NCBI RefSeq assembly: GCF_964355755.1
Contig: NC_092674.1
Location: 16,120,001 to 16,184,000, forward strand
Length of the DNA stretch: 64,000 bases
Origin: Antedon mediterranea
Lineage: Eukaryota > Animalia > Echinodermata
Direction: 5' to 3'
Below are positions 46,901 through 57,894 of this stretch, in pieces. Position 1 is the stretch's first letter. Each line of letters begins with the position of its first letter. A program made the position numbers and the translations under genes. The notes under the pieces are model-generated. The model saw only the letters and a list, made by a program, of their open reading frames with translations, ran no database searches and was not told the DNA's origin.

Positions 46901-49900
46901 TTCAATTGATGTAATTCGTTCATTTAAACTGAAATAACGACATAAAAACAGTAATGAGTAGGGGCCTATAAATAATAAATTATTATAAATCTAAATTCTA
47001 TTTTCTTAAGTTAACAAAATAGGCCTACTTCTAATATTTATTTAGGCCTAAACAGGCGGAATAGCACAAAGACCTTTATCTAATGCAGATTGTTTTACTA
47101 ACCGCGATGTACTGAACTGTACATAATCCTTTTAAACAATGGCTTATAATTACAAAAGAGCATAGACTATATTTGTAATTGAATTTTAACCAACACATGT
47201 AATTTGTAGTTGTTGTTACGGGTTGATACAATGGAGTAACGATTTTTACTCCATGTTGATACTAAACGAATATTCTCGTAATATTTTATACCATATTTCA
47301 TAATAACGACTATCCGAAAACTAAAACCAATTGATTAATTTCTTCTTTAATAAAATATTACTACTAATACTATTTCTAACGTTATTACAATTATTAAATA
47401 TTAATAAAAAACGTATTGCTACTATTATTTATATTGTTTTTTATCACTATAGACGCGCCTATGCATTAACCTATTGATAGGCCTACCGGTTAAGGTATGC
47501 ACTAAATATGTCCATCATTATATGATGCAATTTATTAAATAATAATATATTACGAAAATATAGGCCTACTGTGTAGTAGGCTTGTCCACACATCGTTAAA
47601 CGATAGATAATTTAGTCCTACAATTTCACTGAACTCTAAGTTTCTGATCGTAAAAACCATATATTTTATGATATTAATTTAATTATACAATATCAGACTA
47701 AAATAAAAGAACTAAACAGTCATAATATAGACTGAAACATAAATTAAATGTCATGATAGTAATAAAAATAAGAAATTGTGTCGTTGGAATTCTACTATAC
47801 GTATATTTTTGAATATTCATGAGCTTAAATTATACAATTTTTTTCATGCGCGCATTTGCGCGCACTAAAATATAATTTTAAAATAAGTTAGTTAGAGTGT
47901 TTTATATGCTACAAAATGCACTAGGGTTCGTAAATTAAAAAGTTGTTTAAACGGTAAAATTTCGACTTACCAAATGATACGTCTATGGCTTGATAAAAAA
48001 TATGATTAATTTGTTAGCTGGTATAAAAACTGCGATATCTCCATGAAAAATTACTCGATTTTTAAACGTTTTTTTCGAGAAAAAAGCTCAAAGAACAATG
48101 AACAACTGCACAAAGGTCATGCTTCACTATGATGTATTAGAAACTACTGCGCAGCCTCTGTTTACTTTTCTTGTCACCGATGTCATGCCTGGCTTCTTCC
48201 TTAATTAGGGCGTTACGTAATCAGAGCCGACTCTGCAGCGAGCTGCACGGGTAAGCAGGATGTTCTTCAAAGGATCGTTATGGGAAGTTTATTACCCTAT
48301 GCTTAAGCACTACCGCACAGCGTGATACTAGTTCGATTAACTGGATAGCTAGGCCGAGTTGTGTCTCCTTTTATTCTTTACTCCATGATTCAAATGACAG
48401 GAATCTATTTAGATGTTATATAAAACAAATAATGAATGTTTTATATTCGTGTAATGGTACAAATAATGGCATTTGGTGAATGATGAAAGGTTATATTTGT
48501 ATAATATTGTATTCTTTATAGATTAAAGTATATATTAACTTAAAAAAGGGCAAAACGTTAACAAATCAGCATTTTTAGCGACTTCCGGAGCAGAGCGTTT
48601 AGCTGTTGCACTGGCCAAAAATATGTTTGTAATGGGTCAAATATAATTTATAGAAATTTCCCATGGTGCACATAGAGAAAGAAATTAAAATAATTTGGGA
48701 AACTGTGCATCAACTACAGTAATATAGTTGATTCAAAATGTAAAAACTGGAAAATTATTAATTTTAGCATTTTTAATATATATTTTGCATTGGGAAACAA
48801 TTAAACTGCATGTATATGTATTAAGGTAAACTTCTAATTGATTTACACTCTGAAAACCTCCTATGTCATCCCCATTTCATACTGATACAATTTTACTTGT
48901 GAAAATGCCAAAAAAAGTTTAATATTATCAATATCAGGTTGAATTTTCATTTTTTTTTAAATTTTCCTTTGTAGGCTGTTGTTCAAGTAGAAACATTAAG
49001 TGAGTTTGGTGCATTTTTCATATTGTTTTGTGTTGGATTGGAGTTTTCACCTGAAAAAATAAGAAAGGTATGTTTCTCTAAATAAATAGACATTTTGTCA
49101 TAACTACTGTTACAGAGGTCCCAACTTGGGAAAGTCCATTCGCAGGAGATTTTGTTGTAAACCTCATTCAATTCGTCGGGGCGTCGAAAGTCAACGCGCA
49201 GGGAAGTGAAAATCAACACGCGTGTTGTTTACATCTCTTAATTAACTTAATAATGCAACATAACATGGCATTTAATGATCAGACAAACAAATATACAACT
49301 TCTTGAAAACTTGTTATTTACAATATTTACAAATAGCAAGTTTTTTAAGTCTTTCATCCATCATGATCAGTATGTTACATACAATATTTACACATAAGTT
49401 GGCTTAATGTTTACATAAGTTTATCCATCAGTATTTTTATATATATTTTTTTTTATGGACACTTCCTCAGTACAAAGAATTAAAAAAATATATATTTTAA
49501 CTAAAATTCATGACATAACATAATTTAACTTAATTACATAATGTATAATATTCCCACATGATAGTATTGCCCAATAGAATTTAATACATTTTTTTAGGAA
49601 CAGACCTAGGCCTTCTACTTCTAGGCCCTAGCTACCATTTTTAAACCCAAAAACAATCAAGATTGAAATAAACTATTTCCGTCTTATATGCTACATTAAG
49701 CGAATTAACATATTATTTCAGATGAAAAACATTTAGTTTTATATTGTTTTATCCATACATAATTACACTGGCATTAAAGATATAAGAGTAAAATGTAGGC
49801 CGTTTATGAGCTATATATTTCGCCGATTTATTATCGCGGGGAAATTCCCCACCAGCGACATCGATCGATCGAGGAGTAGGCCTAGGCTAGAGGCCTAGCG

Positions 49901-52900
49901 TGCATGCCGGAATGGGTGGATTATTGCTATATAAATAACAAGTTTGAACAAAAGAGCTTACGACAATCTTAGGTACTACTTGCTTGGCGAATCCATACCT
50001 TTTAAATCATTTAACAAGTTCGTAATCGGATCGTACAGTAAAACCAAATAACACTGCCTCAACAACCTCGTGCGATCTGTTGTTCTTTGCAGCAGATCAA
50101 CATTGGTAGAGTCCATTAATTATGAGGGTGTTTAAAAATGTAATAACTATTAAAAACGTGTCTCAACCACTGTGTAATCAAAGCGTTTATTTAGTTAAAA
50201 CTTGGATCCTCTCAAAATTGATAATCGCGTATTCCGGTTACCACGTGATTGATTCACGGTTGGTTGCACGCTTCTTTTTTTTACACGTCCGGCGTGTAGT
50301 ACTGTGCATGTTTATATTATTGTTACGGTTTAACAAAGGCAGTGCATACAAATAAAAATACAATAATAGACCACGGAGACTGCATGAATAGACATTGTTT
50401 CAACATCCTGCCTCACTTTTGTCTGGTTATTGACTATTGTTGACCTGGGCTGAGCCTGGGTGTAACCGTAAATCAATTTGGCCAAAAATATGGAGAAATT
50501 TGAAAATGCGGTAGAAAACGTCGAGATATCGGTAGCACGGTAGATGGGTACTAAAAGCGGTAGACTACCGCGAGTAGCGGTAGACTTGGGACCCCAGCTG
50601 TTAGCTTTGGTATTTTTCCATGTAGTTGGTAATGTCATTCGTACAAAGATCACAATTGGGTTCGATGATATAAATAATACACGGTAATAGTACCTGTAGC
50701 AAAAGATACTGTAGCCAGGTATAGGTAGGCAATTTTAAAGCAAGGACCAATTGAAAGTATAGTCTGAACAGGGAGTTTAACAACTCCCTGGTCTGAATGC
50801 CATCTTGAAATGGGGTTTATTGGATGGACTGCTCGCTATTGTTAAGTCTATGGAGTAATGCTCACATACTGTATGTTTGTTCAGTGCAACTTACAGTATA
50901 TATATTTTTTTTATATCTCTACCAAGCAACCTTCTTTGTTTTCTACTCTTATTCAGACTCCACCCTGCCTCATTTTGTTGTATTTCTTTTATTCCTGTCC
51001 ACCCAGGCAGCACTTGCCAACTCTTATACAATGACGTTATCCAGATTCCTTCACTTGCACTGATGAAGGGCTAGTGTTGCCCGAAAGCCCTGCTTACTTT
51101 TCTGGCTGTTTTACTTATCATTTTGATTTAGCTTTTCCCTTTTTTTTTGTATCTCTATTGAGATTCAGCCACTGATACCCACAGCATTGTCATTTTTCAG
51201 TAATTTGCCTTTGGATTTATATATATGCTGTATATATATATATATAATAAATAAAATAACAGCAGAAAACTTGGTTACTTCATTGTTTTAATCACTACAA
51301 ATTTGTTTCGTACGACCAGCATGTAGCTGGCCGCACTCTTCATGTGAGCTATGCTCACTGAACCGTAAGAACGAGTTAGTCTCTACTTGTAGACATAGGA
51401 AAAAATTCTTACTAAATTTCAGATCCAAATAGTTTATCTAAAACAATAGGCTATTGTATATGACTTCCTGATGACTCACTTCTATTAAGCACTATGAGAC
51501 AACTGTGTCACTTATGTTTTATATTTCACCTGAAGAGTGTGGCCAGCTACATGCTGGTCGTACGAAACAAATTTGTAGTGATTAAAACAATGAAGTAACC
51601 AAGTTTTCTGCTGTTATTTTATTTATTTATGCTCTACCTTGGTATTGAGCACTCTATCCTAACGGTCTGATAATTTCAACCTGAATATATATGATGTTTG
51701 GTTCAATGTAACCGTCTAAAAAGTTCTCAATACAGTAAAGTAGAGCTGAAATATACGTTAAGTCATATTTATGCAAATATTGAGAAATGGGGTCAAGGGT
51801 CAAAATTTGGTACTTCCGGACATTTTTTTGTAAAATGTCTCATTAGAGCAAATATAAATATATATATTCTGAACCAGACTGTGCAAAAACAAACTCTACG
51901 ATTAGTAGTTTTTAAGATATGGTAACCCAGCAATTTCACCCTTATTTGCATATTTAAGCTAGTTTGCATACTTTCGGGATGAGTGACAGAGGTGTGATGC
52001 TAAAAAAATAATCACCTTATCATATGTAACCATTTAAAAAAAAAAATCTCTGTTTGCAATTTGTTTCACTCAAAATGCTAGATTGACTAGCCTAAGAGTA
52101 TTGTTCGGCAATTCTGAATGAGGATATGGAGTCATTTCTCCAATGCTTTTACCAGAAAGCTTTATTTTTTATTTTTCACCTCTCAAAATAAATGGGGTAC
52201 AGGATTATATCTGCCTATTAAACTGTCAAATTAAAATTGTACTCATATCATTGGTAAATACAGAACAAATTGTTTCACAATCTTAATGAATTTTAACTAA
52301 AATAAGCAAAACAAATTCAACCAGTTGAGACAGACCTGACATCAGTTAATTTATATAAAATGTTGCTAAATTATGTGCACTTTCTTTAAAGGTTTTACAT
52401 GTTGCGGTATTTGGAAGTATGTCTATGACTATGTTAATGGTGCTGTTTGGTCTGGTATGTGGTTATTTTCTTCATATTGCACCAAGTCAAAGTACCTTTA
52501 TTGCAGCCTGTCTTTCATTGTCTAGTACACCATTGGTGGTGAAGTTTCTAGGATCTACTCATAAACATGGAAAAGCTGAAGGTATACTATATATATATAC
52601 TATATTATTTATTGTTTGTACTAAAATAGGATAACTATAACTGAGTAGAAGTAAGATGTCCAGCAAAAATACAAATATTAAATAAAACTAATTGATTGAG
52701 CAAACATATAATAAAAAGTGGGAGAAATTGAGGTATGAATAGGCAAGATGCGCTCTATTTAATGCGATGAGCTATGACGAAAGAGACAAAAACAATATAT
52801 TTTATATTCGGGTGGCCATATGATGACATCATAACATCCGAGAGGTAACAATTTTGCATAAATTCATATCTACAACTTTCTGCTTGCAAAATAAGTTAAA

Positions 52901-55900
52901 CAAATTAGTGGTCACCTTTGATCATGAAGAGCTATGAAATAGGCATTATTTTGACATTTTTCAACTAAAATGCGCAGAAATTGTCAAATTCAACTTGTTT
53001 GCATGGCGTGCTTGAAAGTGGAAATTGGTCTTATTATTTATTTCAAACTGCTAGAAAAGGCTGGAAAAATATAATTCAAGTAAAAAAAAATGTTTTTTAC
53101 ATTCCATGTAAAAAAGTGTGTGCGTGGGAATTTTTGACATGCGTTAAATGCCATATTCGTGTAGAAAGTTGATTAAAAATTAATTTTGCGCATTTTGAAA
53201 TTTTAAATGCGTGTGCGCGCATAACTTTGTGTACAAAACGCCATTTTTTATCCACAGAAAATTTGCCATTGATATGAATTAAACTTTTACCAATTGTCAA
53301 TAAAAATTAAGTTTGGTTTTTATTCTATGATCAATCATAACAATTCTTATAATCGTGCTTTAGTCATGTTGCGCAACCATGCAAAAATAAGTGCACAACT
53401 TCACATAAATGTCCATAGGTTGACAAAGTTATGAAATGTTATGTTTTCACATTTCAGAGATAGGCAACTCACAAAAATTAATGAAAGAAAGACGACTAGA
53501 TTTGAACTCGTCACTTTGACGAGTTAGTTATCCGCATGACAAATCATGTGCACACCATAAGTTAGAATATTGCGCACAAAAAAGATTATGCTATTATGAC
53601 CTGACAAAAATGGAATGTTAGTGTGCTGTCTATTTTGTGTCTAAATATATATACAGTATACACTAAATTCTGTATACATATTACATACAGTGTAGCATAG
53701 GTAAAATTACGAGACCCGCCATTTATTCCTATTTTAAAAATGGTGACGTCATCAAAATGAAGCACATCACGATACGACAACATCCGATAAATTTGTACAT
53801 GAATTTGTATCTACAATTTAATATCATCTAGAATACGTTTTAATCACGAGTATCACTTTTTATTCTATAAAGAGCTTTAACAGATTGAAATTTACTGTAA
53901 AGATGAAAATAATTGACCCACATTATTTAAATTTTTAGACATGATATGTCTGTATGATAAAATATTTTTTAACTCATGCGAAAGATAGTTGATTAAACTA
54001 GTCAATATTAAAATATAATACAGGACTAACTAATATATAATACAGGAAAACAAATTTGATGATAAGTTTCAACAGTTATCCACCAAGGTGAACTAAAAAA
54101 ACAAATAACATTTTTAATTCTATTTTATATGCAGGTAATTCGACCACTAGTGTAATAAAACCTCTATTTGGTTTTTTGGCTTTTTTAACTTCTGCAATTT
54201 GCCTCTGTTTGCCTATGTTAAATATTTCTACCTTGGTAAAAGTGCTCATTATCTGCACTGAGGAAACAAATGGATGGTTAACGGTTAAGATTAATAGTGA
54301 TGTATGTTGCAAAATAGGGATCTGTTCTTTTCTAATCTCAAATGCAAGAACATACTAGAAAACATGAGAAATGGGAAAAAGGTAATTTATTATTAATGAA
54401 AATAGATGTATGGTAACAACAATATAAACAGCAACAAGAGTGTTGAAAAGTGTACAGATACACAGTAAGGGTACATTCACAGCTGCTCTGCCTCCTGGAA
54501 TGGAAAACAGTGGGCTGTCTGGTAAACAATTGAATATGGTATTGAACAATCAAACCCTCGTAGTTTATGTGAGTTCACAGGTTTAAATCATGGAACATAT
54601 GTTTCAATGGCAAGTAACTATACATTTAACTGTATCGGTGTTATCCACATGGTATTTATACATGGTACGGGTAGTGGGCCGACTTATATTTCACATTTTT
54701 ACCGTTTAAAGACGAAAAACTATCGCAGTAAGCCGGTATAGTAATTTCACGTAAAATACAGTTTGTGGCCGTAAATTAGATCGAAAAAATTTAAGGATTT
54801 AAATGTTAGCCAAATGATGGAGTCATAACAAAAAATGACAGCTCACTTGGTTTTCATTCAAGAAATGGAAATTGGCAATAAAAAAAAATAAAATTCTGAC
54901 ATCTGACCCTAGATAGATAAAATAATTTTAATATTTGTGTAAATTACATACTCCTGAGATACACTGCATATCAGGAGTTGTTTTGGGACATTCTGTGTGT
55001 CACCATGAAAATCATGAATGAACAATTTGGACCGAAGGTCTAGCTTCTGTCTTAGGTATGCAACAAAAGGGAGTCTCATACAACATGTACCGAATGCAAA
55101 ATCAATTTATTCTTCTATGATCAATTTCTTATCAAACGTGAACAAACACAAAATGATACAAACACAAAAACCATGGACCTCAAACAAGTGAGTGACCACA
55201 ATTGAGGGCAATAATTTAACCTTATGGATAATAAATCTACTTAAGTATGACCTGTCTCCAATTACCAGGACTCTTACAGTATGGTTCTTATCAATAACAT
55301 TAAATTTGTTATAAATCTGGATTAATATATTACGACGTAACCCGTCTCCAATTACCACCAGGGTGTCTTCAATGATATTACCCTTCTCAACAACTTTACA
55401 ATAATTGCCACTCAGGGCTTACAGAGTAAATACTAGCTCCAGTGTGGTACTTATGTGACTTAAGTGTCAACAATCAACTGTTATTACCTAATGCAATTCA
55501 AATAATATGGAAATATACTACTGCTTATTATTCTGATACTGTGGATTTACAACACCAAGTTATCTTTTCGAATGTCCAAGTGTAAGCTACAGTTCCACAC
55601 GCTAGCCGTCTCTTCTTCCAGTGGTTAACATGATTAAAATGGCTGTGGCTTTCAGACTTCCTCCGGTTGTACAAATTAACAGATTGTTAAGTGTAACCTC
55701 ATGTACTTGAACGTAGGTGACACTATATTTGAATCAGACATATATAAACAATACTAACAAATTCTATGGTGAACTTCAATTATCATAAGAAACATAAATT
55801 TTTATCAAGCGACTATTAGGTATAACTTATATACTCACAATGTCCACTGCCAAAGGCTGCTTAGACTATCATAGGAGACGACAAATTCCATGCACGTTCA

Positions 55901-57739
55901 GCTGGGAGCCTTGTCGGGAGTTTCAATCCGCGATACTGCGCTCACCCCAGTCCGTCGGTTTATAACTGAACTACAATAATATGAGCATCATGGTTCTACC
56001 AATTCTTATAAAAGGCCAGGCTTATACAGTTAGGTGCAACCAATGCACACTGCGCCCCACGATAAATAAGCTCTAAACAATCACTCCTAGATGTCCCGCA
56101 CAATTGGCTGTGGGAATTAATGACTCAATGCAGTGATGTCGAGCGATTGAGCGCCTAACATTTCGCAAACCACGCTAGACAACGCTTCGCCTCACCGGGC
56201 GAGCGATATGCAAATTTTGCCACCGCAACAATACCTTGAAATGACACTGTGTCTGTTAATTTGTAGAGAAATACCAACAATTCATCAAATGCTGTTATTA
56301 ATAAAGCTTGTATTTCCATTTTTTAGATAAAGAGGATACAGATTACAGCAGTACTTTGCTTAGTATTCTGGTGGTACAAGACATTCAACTAGGTTTGTTA
56401 GTGGCAATACTCCCAGCATTAGCAGGTGCTAATAACCAACTTGTGATTCATGAACATCACTCTTCATCTAAAGCTTTCAAGTTTTTTCATGTACTTATTT
56501 TGATATTTGAAATAGTTGCATGTAAGTTAAAACACAACAAACTAACAATCATAATGTGTATTTTAAATACAAATCGCAGTCAATAAAGACTGAATAGGAA
56601 TTATTTTTACATAGATATTAAAATTATTAAAAATGAAAAAAGAGAGCTTCAATCAATCAGTTTAGAGGAAGTACTGGGGAATTCCTGATAATTGTTTAGA
56701 ATTCATCCATATGTTTTTTTCATTTTCACACCAACGAATAGGTAAGAGGTTTAACAAAAAAAAAACAACACAAAAGGTAAATCCAAATGAAAAAAAACGA
56801 GCAAAATTATATTATTGTAGGTTTGGTCCCAAGTTGTGTATACTAAATAAAAGAAAGGTTTTTGTTTACATTTCACATGTTAAAGGTTTTCTAAGGCATT
56901 ATTTATGTTTCCAAGAACCATACGTGTACACTTACTAGAGGATGGGCATTAATAAATAAACTATTACAAGAACCATACGTGTACACTTACTAGAGGATGG
57001 GCATTAATAAATAAACTATTACAAGAACCATACGTGTACACTTACTAGAGGATGGGCATTAATAAATAAACTATTACAAGAACCATACGTGTACACTTAC
57101 TAGAGGATGGCCATTAATAAATAAACTATTACAAGAACCATACGTGTACACTTACTAGAGGATGGGCATTAATAAATAAACTATTACAAGAACCATACGT
57201 GTACACTTACTAGAGGATGGGCATTAATAAATAAACTATTACAAGAACCATACGTGTACACTTACTAGAGGATGGGCATTAATAAATAAACTATTACAAG
57301 AACCATACGTGTACACTTACTAGAGGATGGGCATTAATAAATAAACTATTACAAGAACCATACGTGTACACTTACTAGAGGATGGCCATTAATAAATAAA
57401 CTATTACAAGAACCATACGTGTACACTTACTAGAGGATGGGCATTAATAAATAAACTATTACAAGTATATTTTCTTCTTGAGTCTGCTTTTACAAGGCCT
57501 AAAAATCTTCAAGTTTCAGAACACTTTAAAGCACTTTAAGATTACAGAAGATATTTTATAAATAATGTATATTTCTAATCTTTGTATATTCTTTTTTGTT
57601 AGCTCTATGGTCAGTGTTGATGCTGAGTTTCTTCATTAGCCGATATTTAGTTTCACCTATATTTTACAGACTCAGAGGTGAGGCAAACAAGGAGCTATTG
57701 TTACTAGGGGCAGTATCATTGGCTTTTTTTATGCTTACG
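37955..57739 (+). CDS. TMCO3: TMCO3-like transmembrane and coiled-coil protein (CPA2/KefC-like cation/H+ antiporter), 3'-partial
   Basis: Exons 37955-38629, 39311-39496, 40209-40337, 48975-49067, 52392-52581, 56327-56521 and 57603-57739, with GT-AG introns and consistent phases. Signal peptide and coiled coil, then [11 protein letters not shown]...[28 protein letters not shown]...[18 protein letters not shown] and VQDIQLGL, matching vertebrate TMCO3 as I recall it. I found no later exons in the window. Confidence 0.92.
41983..43680 (+). pseudogene. PHD finger plus P-transposase C-terminal-like domain protein (2 exons, ~450 aa, two in-frame stops)
   Basis: Exon 1 (41983-42295) has C4HC3 CVC...[15 protein letters not shown]...WKCYVC. 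Exon 2 (42638-43680) is in one frame with TAA at 42958 and TGA at 43060, and contains [11 protein letters not shown] and [10 protein letters not shown]. Confidence 0.75.
43849..46923 (-). pseudogene. P-element/THAP9-family transposase with RAG1-N-terminal-like Cys/His domain (multi-exon, disrupted)
   Basis: RWHP...SPAAYQFL...LP, IDEMNIK (D1), [15 protein letters not shown]|[23 protein letters not shown] (E). ATG at 46923 with TAA at 46818. A deletion/frameshift near 45312 removes the D2 motif, and there is a TGA at 44907. The 3' end is approximate. Confidence 0.85.
50905..51225 (+). mobile_element. Penelope-like pLTR copy (same family as 2897-3335)
   Basis: Near-identical reverse complement of 3010-3335, ending in (TA)n. 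Confidence 0.65.
51057..51093 (+). ncRNA. Minimal hammerhead motif, cleavage-site U mutated
   Basis: GCA-CTGATGA-A-GGGC..GCCC-GAAA-GC-CC-TGC. The 3153 copy has TC where this one has CC. Confidence 0.55.
51292..51347 (-). ncRNA. Inverted copy of the 51526 hammerhead, core mutated
   Basis: Minus strand reads TCAC-ATGAAGA-...-GAAACAAATTTGTA-GTGA. The first C of CUGAnGA is replaced by A. Confidence 0.5.
51526..51581 (+). ncRNA. Type I hammerhead ribozyme (second family)
   Basis: TCAC-CTGAAGA-GTGTGGCCAGC(TACAT)GCTGGTCGTAC-GAAA-CAAATTTG-TA-GTGA. Stem I is TCAC/GTGA, stem II is 11 bp, stem III is palindromic, and the cleavage triplet is GUA. Confidence 0.7.
52740..54000 (-). mobile_element. Helitron-like non-autonomous repeat, two partial copies in tandem
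   Basis: Minus-strand hairpin (53505-53525) followed by CTAG (53499-53496), the same terminus as at 26230-26260. The flanking blocks match 40660-41600. Confidence 0.5.
56912..57465. repeat. 55-bp minisatellite, 10 copies
   Basis: Unit CAAGAACCATACGTGTACACTTACTAGAGGATGGGCATTAATAAATAAACTATTA. Two copies carry GGCC instead of GGGC. Confidence 0.95.
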
Positions 57740-57894
57740 GTAAGAAATATCCTTATTATATAGAGTCCTCATTGATAGCTTGAACCTTCTATTAAGTGAA
57801 AATTAAGTGATGTATATTAGGTAGTTATTAAGAAATGAACATACTGTATATGCAAAACAATTATTTGGTTTATCTCAATTGGCAGAAACATATT

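Larger units (their letters stand above)
41614..48425. mobile_element. Two-gene P-superfamily DNA transposon fossil (with flanking IR-bounded sequence) in a TMCO3 intron
   Basis: Convergent PHD gene and P-type transposase. Outer 36-bp IR at 41614-41649 / 48390-48425 (34/36). Inner perfect 17-bp IR at 41776-41792 / 47511-47527. No clear TSD, so the true ends are unresolved. Confidence 0.75.

Noticed and set aside
41983-46923. A true RAG1/RAG2 (ProtoRAG) transposon
   Set aside because: The catalytic core has P-type motifs rather than Transib/RAG1 ones. I saw no RING finger, no kelch repeats and no CACAGTG heptamer-type termini.
51465-51500. Additional CTGATGA hammerhead core
   Set aside because: No GAAA follows a stem II, so the motif is incomplete.
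56912-57465. 55-bp array as CRISPR
   Set aside because: It is a pure tandem repeat with no variable spacers.
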